In this document: positions 38,807-49,574 of the stretch, in pieces
Layout: every line of letters begins with the position of its first letter
Numbering within the stretch: position 1 is the first letter of the stretch
Source: Promethearchaeota archaeon
GTDB taxonomy: Archaea; Asgardarchaeota; Lokiarchaeia; Sigyniarchaeales; SOKP01
DNA: 64,000 nt
Assembly: GCA_019894975.1 (NCBI GenBank)
Contig: JAGXNO010000008.1
Location: 28,898 to 92,897, forward strand
Reading direction: 5' to 3'
Notes under the pieces: model-generated
What the model saw: only the letters and a program-made list of their open reading frames with translations
Told to the model about the DNA's origin: nothing
Database searches by the model: none
Made by a program: the position numbers and the translations under genes

Positions 38807-39487
38807 ATGGATATCTTTAGTATTTTTACTTTAACCCCATGGGATTCACTTAATCTAAAAACCTTAACAGAAGTGAAATTATATTCCTTGAAAAATATTT
38901 TTAAAAGATTTCCTGTAGTTGAACCAGGATTCTTTGATGATATACTCTCGAATCTCTATAAATTCAAACATTATTCATGGGTTGAAAGCATTAAAAGAAT
39001 TGTAGGGCCTGGCGGTGAAGATTATGACATAAAGCCATGGAATCTATTATGGGGAATGGATAATGAAAGAAGAATTTTTCAATTTCTGTTTCAAAAAGTA
39101 AAAAACGAATTTAAAGACTCACAAGCCACATTGGTAGCTATAGCACCCCCTGAATTAGGGCTATTATTTAAAGATCATAAATCAGATGCTATATTAAGAA
39201 CATTATCTTTACTTGCAAATCCTAAAAAAATGAAATTCTTAATGGTTTTAGCACCTAAGGGAAAATCAGTTGCCGAAGAACAACAATTGCTCCAAGTAAA
39301 TAGGAATAATTTGGAAAAATTAAAGTTTAATAATATACTCAAACAAATGCCGAATATTCAAGGACAGTGGTTCCCTGAATATTCTCCATGTTGTCCTAAT
39401 TGTAATAAATTAGTCACACAGATAAAGGGTTTTAACGTGGGTCTTCTTAAATTTAAGTGTCCTTATTGTGGATATGAAAAAATATAG
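38807..39487 (+). CDS. hypothetical protein with C-terminal zinc ribbon
   Basis: CPNC...CPYCGY at the C-terminus. Confidence 0.65.
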   Translation: MDIFSIFTLTPWDSLNLKTLTEVKLYSLKNIFKRFPVVEPGFFDDILSNLYKFKHYSWVESIKRIVGPGGEDYDIKPWNLLWGMDNERRIFQFLFQKVKNEFKDSQATLVAIAPPELGLLFKDHKSDAILRTLSLLANPKKMKFLMVLAPKGKSVAEEQQLLQVNRNNLEKLKFNNILKQMPNIQGQWFPEYSPCCPNCNKLVTQIKGFNVGLLKFKCPYCGYEKI

Positions 39488-39588
39488 CAATAAAACCTAA
39501 TTTCTCAAGATCATTAATAACGATTTTATTAAATAATTCGATATATATCTTATTAATATAAATAAGAATAATCGAAGGTAATTCAATT

Positions 39589-41127
39589 TTGTTTGTAGCT
39601 GCATTAGATTTAGGTACAACAGGTTGTAGAACTTATATTTTTGATTTAGTAGGGACTATTATTGCTAGTGATTATCAGGAATGGCAAAGTTTTTACCCTT
39701 CTCCCTCATTTGTAGAACAAGATGCTAATGTATGGTGGGATTCTCTTAAAAAAACCATAGAAGGAGCGATTAAGAAAAGTGGGATTGATAAAACTGATAT
39801 TGTAAGTCTTTCAGTCACTAATCAAAGAGAAACTATTGTACCCGTTGATAAAGAAGGAAACCCTCTTCATAATGCGTTAGTGTGGCAAGATAGAAGAACA
39901 ATAGATCAAGTAAATTATATTGAGAAACAGGTGGGTACAGATACAGTGTATAATACTACGGGATTAACCATCGATCCTTATTTTTCTGCCACCAAAATTC
40001 TTTGGTTTAAAGACAAAAAACCTGAAATTTATCAAAAAACCCATAAATTCCTACTTGTTGCAGATTTTATAATTCATAAATTAACAGGTAAATTTTGTAC
40101 TGACTTCTCAAATGCCTCCCGTACGATGCTATTTGATATAATTAATATGAAATATTCAGAAAATATTGCTTCTGAATTAGAAATTGATTTAGATAAAATG
40201 CCAGAAACACTCAAAAGTGGTTTAGATATTGGAGAAATAGTAACCGATGAAACTTTATTCGACAAGAAAACATTAGTGGTAACAGGGGCAGGAGATCAAC
40301 AATCTGCTGCTTTGGGAGTTGGAGTTGTCAGACCTGGTGAAATTAAATGTACTACAGGAACGGGGAGTTTTATTCTAGCATTTCTAACAAAACCAAATTT
40401 CGATCCCCAAAAACGAGTTTTATGCAGTTGCCATGCGGTTCCAAATACATGGGTTCAAGAGGCAAGTATTTTTACATCTGGGGCAACTTTAAGATGGCTT
40501 AGAGATCAGATTGGGTTAGCTGAAAGTGAGATTGCTGAAGAAAAAGGGCAAAATCCTTATGATGTTATGATAGCTCAAGCTGCAGAATCTCCAATAGGGG
40601 CAAATGGGTTGATTCTAATTCCACATTTAGTGGGTGCTGGCGCTCCACACTGGAATCCTCATGCTAGAGGAGTATTATTTGGATTAGCTTTAGGGCATCA
40701 GCGTAAAGATTTATATAGGGCAGTACTAGAAGGAGTTGGTTTTGAACTTCGTAAAAATATTGAAGTTTTCAAAGAGCTTGGAATCGAACCAAAAGAATTG
40801 AAATTAACTGGAGGTGGATCACGTTCAGATTTATGGAATCAAATATATAGTGACATTTTAGGAATAACTTGTGTAAGAAACATCATTGAAGAAGCGACAT
40901 CGCTAGGTGCGGCCATTCTTGCTGCCTCAGGGGCAGGGATATTTCCAGATATTTCAAAAGCCGCAGAAAATCTGTGTAAGACAGATAAAAAATGGAATCC
41001 TAATGGAGATCGTCAACAATCCTATGAAGAGTTATATAGATACTCCTGTGAATTGTATACTATTTTAGAAAATAACAGTCTGTATAAGAAGTTAAACGAT
41101 ATATCCACTAAACTAGAGATAAAATAA
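39589..41127 (+). CDS. FGGY-family carbohydrate kinase (XylB/GlpK-like)
   Basis: DLGTTG, TNQRET, WQDRR, ASRT, GDQQ, TGTG and GGGSRS. Confidence 0.92.
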   Translation: MFVAALDLGTTGCRTYIFDLVGTIIASDYQEWQSFYPSPSFVEQDANVWWDSLKKTIEGAIKKSGIDKTDIVSLSVTNQRETIVPVDKEGNPLHNALVWQDRRTIDQVNYIEKQVGTDTVYNTTGLTIDPYFSATKILWFKDKKPEIYQKTHKFLLVADFIIHKLTGKFCTDFSNASRTMLFDIINMKYSENIASELEIDLDKMPETLKSGLDIGEIVTDETLFDKKTLVVTGAGDQQSAALGVGVVRPGEIKCTTGTGSFILAFLTKPNFDPQKRVLCSCHAVPNTWVQEASIFTSGATLRWLRDQIGLAESEIAEEKGQNPYDVMIAQAAESPIGANGLILIPHLVGAGAPHWNPHARGVLFGLALGHQRKDLYRAVLEGVGFELRKNIEVFKELGIEPKELKLTGGGSRSDLWNQIYSDILGITCVRNIIEEATSLGAAILAASGAGIFPDISKAAENLCKTDKKWNPNGDRQQSYEELYRYSCELYTILENNSLYKKLNDISTKLEIK

Positions 41128-41225
41128 TTCTCTAAATTTAATTTATATCTAAATCAACATCTTAATCATCAATTTTATATAGCTTAATTGTTATTTTTTC
41201 TTTAATCATAAATACCTAGTGTTGT

Positions 41226-41882
41226 TTGGAAGCGATTTTCTTCTCTTACAAAAACTCTAACAAAATGGATGTGAAATATATGGAAAGTGAATCTTCAACC
41301 CCGATTAAAGAGTATAATAAAACACAAAGGATTGTCTCAGGAATTTTTTATGCACTAATTGTAATAGCTAGTCTGGTTTCAATAGGAGGGGTGGTATGGA
41401 CTTTTGCGGATATATTCCTTGGAACAACAGGTAAATTTGAAATGTTCTTAGCTCTAAATTTAGGTTATAAAATAGCGATAATTGGAGGTCTTTTAGCCGG
41501 ACTATTCTTCTTATTAGTTTTCTTCTATGGATTATTCAAAAAAACTTCAAAGTCATTGATGGTATTCATTTATAAAAAAAGAGAACTTGAGGAAAGATAT
41601 CAAAATCGAAGGGGTGTGAAAATTGTTGTGGGGGGGCTATTAATAAGTTTAATAGTGATTATTGTTGGATTTGTGTTAGGTCCTATTTGGGATCTAATCA
41701 CAGGAGCTTCAGAAGATTCAGAGTCAATTTTTACATTTCTAGGAAGTATGGGACCATGGGTGCTTTTAGTAGGGGTTGGTACTTTTCTAGTTATTGGTGC
41801 ATCGCTCTTTATGATTTATTTTTGGAAAAATGGATATTATCTAATTTTAAGACTTTTAGGCGGTCTAGAAAAAGAAGAATAG
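41226..41882 (+). CDS. hypothetical membrane protein (4 TM, internal two-fold repeat); start probably ATG 41265 or 41280
   Basis: Four hydrophobic segments arranged as two similar hairpins. Confidence 0.65.
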   Translation: MEAIFFSYKNSNKMDVKYMESESSTPIKEYNKTQRIVSGIFYALIVIASLVSIGGVVWTFADIFLGTTGKFEMFLALNLGYKIAIIGGLLAGLFFLLVFFYGLFKKTSKSLMVFIYKKRELEERYQNRRGVKIVVGGLLISLIVIIVGFVLGPIWDLITGASEDSESIFTFLGSMGPWVLLVGVGTFLVIGASLFMIYFWKNGYYLILRLLGGLEKEE

Positions 41883-42000
41883 TTTCAAATCTTTTTTTTA
41901 AATCAGAAAATTCTTGCTCTTATATTTCTTTTATTTCCTTTTATTCTCTTATAAGATTAAATTAGTTTCTTTTATATTTACAACACTTCCTGTTTAGAAA

Positions 42001-43527
42001 ATGGTAACAAAAGCCGGAACAGTTTTTAATTATTTACAATTACCAGATGTGTCTCAGTTCCCTTTTGTAATAAGTAAAAGAGTAGATAATGTATTTATCC
42101 GAAAGGGATTATTTGTATTTACCAAATCTAATGAAGGATTTTTAATTGGGATTATTGAGCGAATAATCTTACTAAATGAATACTTTACTGATGCTTTAAC
42201 AATTAAAGCATATAATACCAATACTAATCCAAATATATTAAAAGGTCTTTTTCCAAGCGAAGATTTTGAATTTGCGATAGCGATTGTAAAAAGTCTGGGA
42301 ATAATAAAATTTAAGGGTAAATCAAGCAATAAAATAGAAAAGATTCTAAGAATGACCTATCCCGCAAGTCCGGGAAGAGATGTGTATATTGTAGAGGAGG
42401 ACATTCTCAACGAATTTATAGGATTTGAACAAAAAAATGGATTAGAGGTTGGAAGAGTTAAAGTCACTCACACAATGGCAAAAATTAACATGAGTAGATT
42501 GTTAAACAAGCATTTTGCAATTCTCTCAATTTCGGGGGGTGGAAAGAGCTATCTTACTTCTATACTTATTGAAGAATTATTAAAGAGAGATGCAGAATAT
42601 GGCACTCCCGCAATTATTTTATTTGACGTTCATGGGGAATATTCTTATTTAAAGGAGATCCCAGAATTAAAAGATAAGGTAAGTGTTCAAGATATCTCCT
42701 ATTTTCAAATTTCTGTTCCTAAAATGCCCTTATACACCTTCAAGAAATACCAAGAAGATATTTCAAATGTTCAAATAAGAGAATTAGCAAAATTTATTAA
42801 AAAACTCAAGAAAGATGAATCAAAGAAAAAGGGATATACTATAGGCGATATCATTGAAGCTCTCGAAAATGAATTGGAAGGGAATAAAAACTCTCGACAA
42901 GCGTTAATAGGATGGTTGTCTAATTTAGAAAGGTTAACTATTTTCGGATCCCAAGAGAACCCGATTTTGGATAACATCATTGAAAAACAAAAATTGATAA
43001 TTTTTAATCTTCAAAAGGAAGTAAGCATTAGAAAGAAGCAAATTATGGTTGATTATATTTGTACTCGCTTATTTAATCTAAGAAGATTAAACAAAATTCC
43101 TCCTTTTTTACTGATTATTGAGGAGGCACACCAGTTCTGTCCAGAAGCAGCTCATTCTAAGGCAATATCTAAACCCATAATTGAAACGATTGCAAGAGAA
43201 GGGAGAAAGTTTATGTCTTGTTTATGTTTAATCAGCCAGAGACCAAAAAGATTGAGTACAACTGCCCTTTCTCAATGCAATTCAAAAATGGTACTGAATA
43301 TAAAAAATCCATATGATATAAAACATCTTATGGATAGTTCTGAATCAATTACAAAAGAATATGGGAATATGATCTCAAGTTTAGGTGTAGGTGAAATGTT
43401 ATTGATGGGATCAGCTATTAATTATCCTGTTTTTATAGATATTAGAGAAAGGTTATATAAATCTGTATCTGAAGAAAGTACTTTAGCTCAAGTCTGTTTA
43501 AAGTGGGAAAGTAAACAATTAAAGTAA
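42001..43527 (+). CDS. HerA/FtsK-family ATPase (DUF87)
   Basis: KHFAILSISGGGKS Walker A, FDVHGEY, EEAH, AREGRKF, SQRP and LSQCN. Confidence 0.88.
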   Translation: MVTKAGTVFNYLQLPDVSQFPFVISKRVDNVFIRKGLFVFTKSNEGFLIGIIERIILLNEYFTDALTIKAYNTNTNPNILKGLFPSEDFEFAIAIVKSLGIIKFKGKSSNKIEKILRMTYPASPGRDVYIVEEDILNEFIGFEQKNGLEVGRVKVTHTMAKINMSRLLNKHFAILSISGGGKSYLTSILIEELLKRDAEYGTPAIILFDVHGEYSYLKEIPELKDKVSVQDISYFQISVPKMPLYTFKKYQEDISNVQIRELAKFIKKLKKDESKKKGYTIGDIIEALENELEGNKNSRQALIGWLSNLERLTIFGSQENPILDNIIEKQKLIIFNLQKEVSIRKKQIMVDYICTRLFNLRRLNKIPPFLLIIEEAHQFCPEAAHSKAISKPIIETIAREGRKFMSCLCLISQRPKRLSTTALSQCNSKMVLNIKNPYDIKHLMDSSESITKEYGNMISSLGVGEMLLMGSAINYPVFIDIRERLYKSVSEESTLAQVCLKWESKQLK

Positions 43528-43794
43528 ATCCTTTGTTATGCCTTCTCTTATAGCAGTGTTATTTTTATTAAAAACGATCATTTTCTTATTTTTTGAAACA
43601 CGAAAAACATTGATAATATTCATACTTTCTAGCTTCATGAATATTTCTTCTAGAAGTAAAGAGTTGACATAAGGAAATTCTTTCCTAAGAAGTTCTTCAA
43701 GACGTTTATCTAAAATTTCTCCCTTATTTTTAATGAGGATATCCATTAATGAGTTAATTATTGGTTTTTGATTCCATCTATGCGAGTCTAACAT
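43519..43794 (-). CDS. small winged-helix-like protein downstream of cdc48
   Basis: Three helices plus a beta hairpin (MKLESMNIINV...KKMIV). Confidence 0.55.
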   Translation of the reverse strand: MLDSHRWNQKPIINSLMDILIKNKGEILDKRLEELLRKEFPYVNSLLLEEIFMKLESMNIINVFRVSKNKKMIVFNKNNTAIREGITKDLL

Positions 43795-43907
43795 AAGGAG
43801 TAAATATTTTGTTTTTTAAATTTTATAATTATTTCAATTTTTTAATAATAATAAAAAATAGAGTAATATGATTGATAACGATTACTTTCTAATTAATTTT
43901 GTGAAAA

Positions 43908-46124
43908 TTATACAAACAACCTATCTTCTTTTGATTCCTCAATTCTTCTGCTTTTTAATTTTTCACCAAATTTTTCATACCAATCAAGAACTTCTGTAGT
44001 AATACTGGGATGGAGATCTTTCCTTGCTTCCTTAAAATGTTCCATCGTAACTTTTCTTGCTCTGATATTTTCTCGAAGAGCGATCATAGCTGCCTCACGA
44101 CACCATGTTTCTATATCAGCACCTGAAAAACCCTCAGTCAATTCTATCAACTTTTTCAAATCCATATTTGCTGCAAGTGGCATGCCTTTGGTAAATATTG
44201 ATAATATTTCTAGTCTTGCTTCTTTTTCTGGAGCAGTAACTAATAAAATACGGTCAATTCTTCCAGGTCTAATTAGTGCTGGATCTAATATATCAGGACG
44301 ATTTGTCGCAGCAATCACCACAATATCTTTCATAATTTCCAATCCATCTAATTCTGTTAAGAATTGTGATAATACTTTTTCGGATACTCCAGAATCAGAA
44401 GTATGCCTACCTCGACTTGGAGCTATCGAATCGAATTCATCAAAAAAGATAATACAAGGGGCTGCCATTTTCGCTTTTCTAAATACTTCTCTTATCGCTT
44501 TCTCACTTTCTCCGACCCATTTTGATAATAGTTCTGGGCCCTTTATTGAAATAAAATTAGCTTTGCTTTCAGTTGCAACAGCTCTAGCCAACAAAGTTTT
44601 ACCACAACCAGGCGGCCCGTAAAGTAAAATTCCTCTAGGGGGTCTTATTCCCATTCGTGTAAATATAGTTGGATTAGATAAGGGCCATTCAACTGCTTCC
44701 ACTAGCTGTTGTTTTAGCTTTTCTAAACCACCTACCTGATCCCATGTTACATTTGGCACTTCTACAAAGACTTCTCTTATAGCAGAGGGTAATACCTCTT
44801 TCAAAGCTTCTTCAAAATCACTTTTGGTAACCTCTATTTGCTCTAATAATTCTGGATCGATTATTTCTGATTCTAAATCTATCTTAGGCAAATATCTTCT
44901 TAAAGCTGACATAGCAGCTTCTCGAGCTACGGCAGAAATATCCGCTCCAACAAACCCATGTGTGATTTGAGCGAACTCTTTTAATGAAATTAGTTTGTCG
45001 AGAGGCATGTTACGTGTGTGAATTTGAAAAACCTCTAATCTTCCTTTTTCATTAGGAACTTTTATTTCTATTTCACGATCAAATCTACCTGGTCTTCTTA
45101 GAGCAGGATCTAAACTATTTGGTCTGTTAGTTGCACCGATGACTATTACTTTTCCTCTCCCATGTAACCCATCCATCAATGCTAGTAGCTGGGCAACGAC
45201 TCTTCGTTCTACTTCTCCTGTAACTGTTTCCCTTTTTGGAGCAATTGCATCTATTTCATCTATGAATATAATTGAAGGGCTCTTTTCTTCAGCCTCAATA
45301 AAAAGTTTGCGTAACTTCTTCTCAGACTCTCCGTAAAATTTACTCATTATTTCTGGGCCATTGATAGAAATAAAATGTGCTTCACTTTCATTAGCAACCG
45401 CTTTTGCAAGTAATGTTTTTCCGCACCCTGGTGGCCCTCTTAAGAGTATACCCTTCGGGGGATCGATACCTAATCGTTTAAAAAGAGAAGGATGGCGTAA
45501 AGGTAACTCAACCATTTCTCGTACTCTTTGGATTTCCCTGTCTAAACCACCTACATCCTCATAAGTTATATAACCGACTCCAGCTTCAACATCTTCAGTA
45601 ATTTTTTCACTAATGTTAAGGATAGTGTCTTGTCTTATTATACAAACTGCATTAGGTCTCATACTGATAACTTTAAAGGTAATCTCTCTGCTGATTCCTA
45701 TGGATATGAAAATATAATCATCTACTGTAACAGGTAGATTGTTTAGCTTTCTTTTCACGAAACTCTCGAACCGGGGGTTATTCCTAATTTTAACACTAGA
45801 TGGTGCTAAGACAATATTTTGAGCGGGTTCTTCTTTCACTTTACGAATTTCCAATGTATCATCGATCCTCGTTCCTGTATTTTTTTGTAACCTAGAATCA
45901 ATGCGAACAATTCCCAAACCATTATCTTGAGGATAACTTGGCCAGGCAATTCCAGCACTATTTTTCTTGCCAATAACCTCGATTACGTCACCTGTTTGGA
46001 TGTTTAATTTTTCCATCGTCTTTTGATCGATTCTTACGATGTTGCGATTAATATCCCTCATTTTTGCTTTTTGAACTCGCAACACTACACTGGGACTGTC
46101 ATCCTTTTCATTCTGATCAGACAT
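43908..46124 (-). CDS. cdc48: CDC48/VAT AAA+ ATPase
   Basis: N domain plus two AAA modules (GPPGCGKT twice, DEID/DEFD, RPGR). Confidence 0.97.
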   Translation of the reverse strand: MSDQNEKDDSPSVVLRVQKAKMRDINRNIVRIDQKTMEKLNIQTGDVIEVIGKKNSAGIAWPSYPQDNGLGIVRIDSRLQKNTGTRIDDTLEIRKVKEEPAQNIVLAPSSVKIRNNPRFESFVKRKLNNLPVTVDDYIFISIGISREITFKVISMRPNAVCIIRQDTILNISEKITEDVEAGVGYITYEDVGGLDREIQRVREMVELPLRHPSLFKRLGIDPPKGILLRGPPGCGKTLLAKAVANESEAHFISINGPEIMSKFYGESEKKLRKLFIEAEEKSPSIIFIDEIDAIAPKRETVTGEVERRVVAQLLALMDGLHGRGKVIVIGATNRPNSLDPALRRPGRFDREIEIKVPNEKGRLEVFQIHTRNMPLDKLISLKEFAQITHGFVGADISAVAREAAMSALRRYLPKIDLESEIIDPELLEQIEVTKSDFEEALKEVLPSAIREVFVEVPNVTWDQVGGLEKLKQQLVEAVEWPLSNPTIFTRMGIRPPRGILLYGPPGCGKTLLARAVATESKANFISIKGPELLSKWVGESEKAIREVFRKAKMAAPCIIFFDEFDSIAPSRGRHTSDSGVSEKVLSQFLTELDGLEIMKDIVVIAATNRPDILDPALIRPGRIDRILLVTAPEKEARLEILSIFTKGMPLAANMDLKKLIELTEGFSGADIETWCREAAMIALRENIRARKVTMEHFKEARKDLHPSITTEVLDWYEKFGEKLKSRRIEESKEDRLFV

Positions 46125-46207
46125 ATTATTCCATTTTTAAGAATATGTTATTTATATAATATTTATAAAACAATAATTTTGTAAAAATTTTTCGTTTTCG
46201 TACGATA

Positions 46208-47260
46208 TTAAATCTTAACAAAATCATCTAAAGAAACTTGAGTTTTCTTGGCATCTAATTTTCTCAACCGATCTAGAGCATTTTCTACCCTTTGCTTTGA
46301 AAAATTATGTTGTTCAATTAATAGTTCTTCTATTCTTTCAAAGTTGATCTTTTTGGGCTTTGGTATGGTGTAATCCTTTCTAACATCAGGATTTAAAAAT
46401 ATTTTCTTTGTCTGCTCCACTAATTCTAGGTCAAGTTCAATGTCTTTTCCGCCAACTTTTATATTTCTCTTTAAGATGGTTTCTATAGATTCATGTTTTT
46501 TTATCAACTCTAAACCGGTTTTTTGTCCAATTCCTTTTACACCTGGGAAAAAATCAGTCCCTATTAAAATACCCATTTCTACGAGCTGTTCACGGTTTAT
46601 TCCTAAATTATTTAGGAATTTTGATAACGAAACATACTCGATATCTAAAGTAACAGTAGTATCCTTTAATTTCCTGCTTCGACTGACAGCAAAATTACGG
46701 ATTAAGCGTTCGCCCCCGAATAATAATGTATCATAATCCTGAGAAGCACATGCCCAAGCATCTCCCACTTCAACCATATAAGCGGATTGAGCTTCTCCTT
46801 CGGAACTTGCCTGAATCAATGGTATACCCATAGATTCGATCAATTTCTTACTCTCCTCAATCATTCCTTCATCGAGTTTAGAAGTTAGTTGAGCAAATTT
46901 TTTAGCTTCCTTGAAATCTTCTGCATCTTGTGCAGCAACCATCTTCTTTTGAGCTTCTTCCTTAACTTTTCTCCGTTCTTTTATTGTATTGAGCTTTAAG
47001 TCAGAAGGTTTACCATCAAAGACGTATATTGGTCTAATAGTATGTTCTAAAAAGTTAATACTTCTATAAAACAATCCAGATAGATGTGATGTTACATTTC
47101 CTTCATAATCTTTTAAAGGCGTTCCGTCTCGTTGGCGAATTATAGCTAAAAATTGATAAATTGTATTAAACGCATCAATGGCAATGTCTTTTTTAAAAAG
47201 ATTCTCAAATGTTATGGTTCTCTTAACTTCATTTACAAGTTCATTTATTTTAACGCCCAT
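46208..47260 (-). CDS. fen: flap endonuclease 1
   Basis: MGV start, IDAFN, TSHLSG, EGEAQ, SQDYD, GTDF and PIP box QVSLDDF. Confidence 0.97.
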   Translation of the reverse strand: MGVKINELVNEVKRTITFENLFKKDIAIDAFNTIYQFLAIIRQRDGTPLKDYEGNVTSHLSGLFYRSINFLEHTIRPIYVFDGKPSDLKLNTIKERRKVKEEAQKKMVAAQDAEDFKEAKKFAQLTSKLDEGMIEESKKLIESMGIPLIQASSEGEAQSAYMVEVGDAWACASQDYDTLLFGGERLIRNFAVSRSRKLKDTTVTLDIEYVSLSKFLNNLGINREQLVEMGILIGTDFFPGVKGIGQKTGLELIKKHESIETILKRNIKVGGKDIELDLELVEQTKKIFLNPDVRKDYTIPKPKKINFERIEELLIEQHNFSKQRVENALDRLRKLDAKKTQVSLDDFVKI

Positions 47261-47338
47261 TTTGCCAATTAATCCTATTTTTGCACCTTCGATAATTATA
47301 TATGATACAATTTATATAACTACCACTAATATAATCTA

Positions 47339-47875
47339 TTACTTTTTTGGTCTTCTTTTCAATTTGGATCCACAATTCTCACACACTTTATACAAGTCTT
47401 CAGGACTTTGAATGGTATAACAAGAAGGACAATAAACTTCCCATTTAATCTTCTTCTCAATACCTTCTTTAAACAAAGGAGAATAAGGAATATTTAACTC
47501 CGAACATACATTTTCTACTGAATAATCGTTAGAATAAACAATTACATTTCTTACTTGGTTTTGTATCAACTCTAATGAAAGAGCAATCAACTCTTTATCT
47601 GCAGCGGATAATGCTTTAAAATCTCCTGTTTTTTTAGAAGTTTTTTTTACAGTTTCTATAAATTCTTCATTTGGGGTTTTGATGAGTAATTTTTTACTCT
47701 CAATTGCTACAAAAATTCTATTCAAGATAATACGGTTTTTTTCTTCATATCTAAGGGCTTTTACTTCCTCAATTATCGACGGTGTGGTATAAACCATACC
47801 TTCAATTATATTAAAATCGATTCCAGTGAGGAAAATATTCGCATCAAAAATATGAACTGGGGATGTTTCCTTCAT
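47339..47875 (-). CDS. nob1: Nob1 rRNA maturation endonuclease (PIN plus zinc ribbon); start re-placed at ATG 47875
   Basis: FDAN, TGD..LS.AD, NDYSVEN and CPSC...CENCG. Confidence 0.88.
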   Translation of the reverse strand: MKETSPVHIFDANIFLTGIDFNIIEGMVYTTPSIIEEVKALRYEEKNRIILNRIFVAIESKKLLIKTPNEEFIETVKKTSKKTGDFKALSAADKELIALSLELIQNQVRNVIVYSNDYSVENVCSELNIPYSPLFKEGIEKKIKWEVYCPSCYTIQSPEDLYKVCENCGSKLKRRPKK

Positions 47876-47879
47876 ATTA

Positions 47880-48776
47880 TTATTCTTCTGGTGAATCATC
47901 AATAGGAGTTCTTACTGTAGAAAGAATTTTCTTCCTTAAACGCTTGTAATAGCTTTTATTAAACCGAATAAACTTATTATGAGAATTAGCTTTACGAATT
48001 CTAATTATAGTATTAGGCGCAATTTTTTTAATAGTACGTTGTCCGTCTATTACTATTTTCGCATTTAATCTAGGTCTTAGAAGTTGAACTTCAATTATAG
48101 AGTCAATCGGTATCACCATTGGTTTTAATCCAGAGCCGGCAAAGCTATTTAAAGGGGTTATTTGCATTACGTCCATGGTGGGATTAACTATAGCTCCTCC
48201 AGCACTTAAATTATAAGCAGTAGATCCTGTGGATGTAGAAATTATCACGCCATCTAAATAGCTACGATTTAGGAATACATCATTAATTTTAATCGATATT
48301 TGCAACACTTTGGAACTTTTTGAAGATACTATTAAAATCTCATTTAAAGCATTATTCAATCTTATTTCTTCTGAGTTTTTAACAATGTAAGGGGTGATCT
48401 TTGAACATTTCTCACAATTATATTCCCCATTAATTGCTTGTATTAAATCTTTAAATACTGTCCTTTCATTAGATTCATCTAGAAAACCAATTGAGCCAAC
48501 ATTTACGCCCAAAATAGGAGGAGGGGCTTTTTGTGATAAACCACTTGCAACTCGTAAAATTGATCCATCCCCGCCTATTATTACTATAAATTTAGTATTA
48601 TCAGCGGTCATTTCAGCTAAATCCATGCCATTATGTGGAAAGATTTTGGGAGCAATTCTAGTTTCAAGATGTACTACTTCCCCTTTTTGAACTAGGAACT
48701 CAAAAATTCTCTTTGCTAATTTGACTGCTCTTTCTGAATCTAATCTACAGGCAATAGCTATAGGTTTTTTTTCCAT
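47880..48776 (-). CDS. nadK: NAD(+) kinase
   Basis: GGDGS, GFL, LNE, DG and STGSTAYNLSAGG. Confidence 0.93.
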   Translation of the reverse strand: MEKKPIAIACRLDSERAVKLAKRIFEFLVQKGEVVHLETRIAPKIFPHNGMDLAEMTADNTKFIVIIGGDGSILRVASGLSQKAPPPILGVNVGSIGFLDESNERTVFKDLIQAINGEYNCEKCSKITPYIVKNSEEIRLNNALNEILIVSSKSSKVLQISIKINDVFLNRSYLDGVIISTSTGSTAYNLSAGGAIVNPTMDVMQITPLNSFAGSGLKPMVIPIDSIIEVQLLRPRLNAKIVIDGQRTIKKIAPNTIIRIRKANSHNKFIRFNKSYYKRLRKKILSTVRTPIDDSPEE

Positions 48777-48869
48777 GATTTCACCCTTTTCTATAATGAA
48801 ATCTTCTCAATTTAGATACCTATCAAAGAAATAAAAGACTGTTGGAAAGACTTCTATTTAATTGATTGT

Positions 48870-49298
48870 CTAGTTGGTATAAACCCGATTTATCAATGTC
48901 TTATTTGCGAGTGTCCAATAATCCACTTGAGCAGTTGCAATAATATCCGGTTTTCCCTGAAGTTCTTTTAATTTCTTTGATAATTCCTCATCTTTTGGCC
49001 AAGCAACATCAAGGGATTCATAAGATTCTAAATCCATAATATTGACTGATGTATCTTCTATAAAATTGATTTGAGCACTACCTTTAATGATTTCGGGTAT
49101 TTCGACCATGTGTCCTGAGGGTATGGTGAGTGAGCGCTTGTTATCATCAAAAAGACCAACACATACGATTCTTACTTTTGCGTGACCATGTTTACCGCTT
49201 TTAGAGCGTTCAGTACTTTTGATAATACAAGGTTCTTCCCCATCCATCATGTATTGCCCAGTTTTTAACTTTTGTATCTCTGTTCTTCTAATAGACAA
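48870..49298 (-). CDS. eif5a: translation factor aIF5A
   Basis: Hypusine loop SKSGKHGHAK; TTG start preceded by AGGTGA. Confidence 0.95.
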   Translation of the reverse strand: MSIRRTEIQKLKTGQYMMDGEEPCIIKSTERSKSGKHGHAKVRIVCVGLFDDNKRSLTIPSGHMVEIPEIIKGSAQINFIEDTSVNIMDLESYESLDVAWPKDEELSKKLKELQGKPDIIATAQVDYWTLANKTLINRVYTN

Positions 49299-49412
49299 TT
49301 ATATTTTCACCTTATTATTAACTATTAAATTATAATTATATAATGTGTCTAACTAAAAAAATTAATTCATTTTTCGAATGAATTTTAAGATTTACATAAA
49401 AATTTTAAAATA

Positions 49413-49482
49413 GAGTATCAGGATACAATCTTTGATTTGGTTTAGGGTGTTTCTACCCAAATGTATTTAACCCTGAGATTTC
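49413..49482 (+). other. candidate structured RNA hairpin between aIF5A and srp54
   Basis: Nested pairings TCAGG/CCTGA, ATACA/TGTAT, TTTGG/CCAAA and TAGGG/TTCTA. Confidence 0.4.
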
Positions 49483-49574
49483 TTTTAATTCAAAATATAT
49501 TATATTTTTCAAAAAAAAATATTAGGTTTTAAGAATTATACCACCTATATTAAAAAAAAAAGAGCTAGTTTCTA

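Noticed and set aside
44182-45564. Antisense ORFs within cdc48, and similar short ORFs within purM, pfkB, rrp41, rrp42, pfk, the MFS gene, fen1, nadK and tfb
   Set aside because: They are shadow frames of well-supported genes and have no recognisable motifs
49413-49482. Hairpin considered as SRP RNA or a SECIS element
   Set aside because: Too short and lacks the helix-8 tetraloop and AGCAG motif of SRP RNA; it lies 5' of both flanking genes and no Sec-type in-frame TGA gene was noticed nearby
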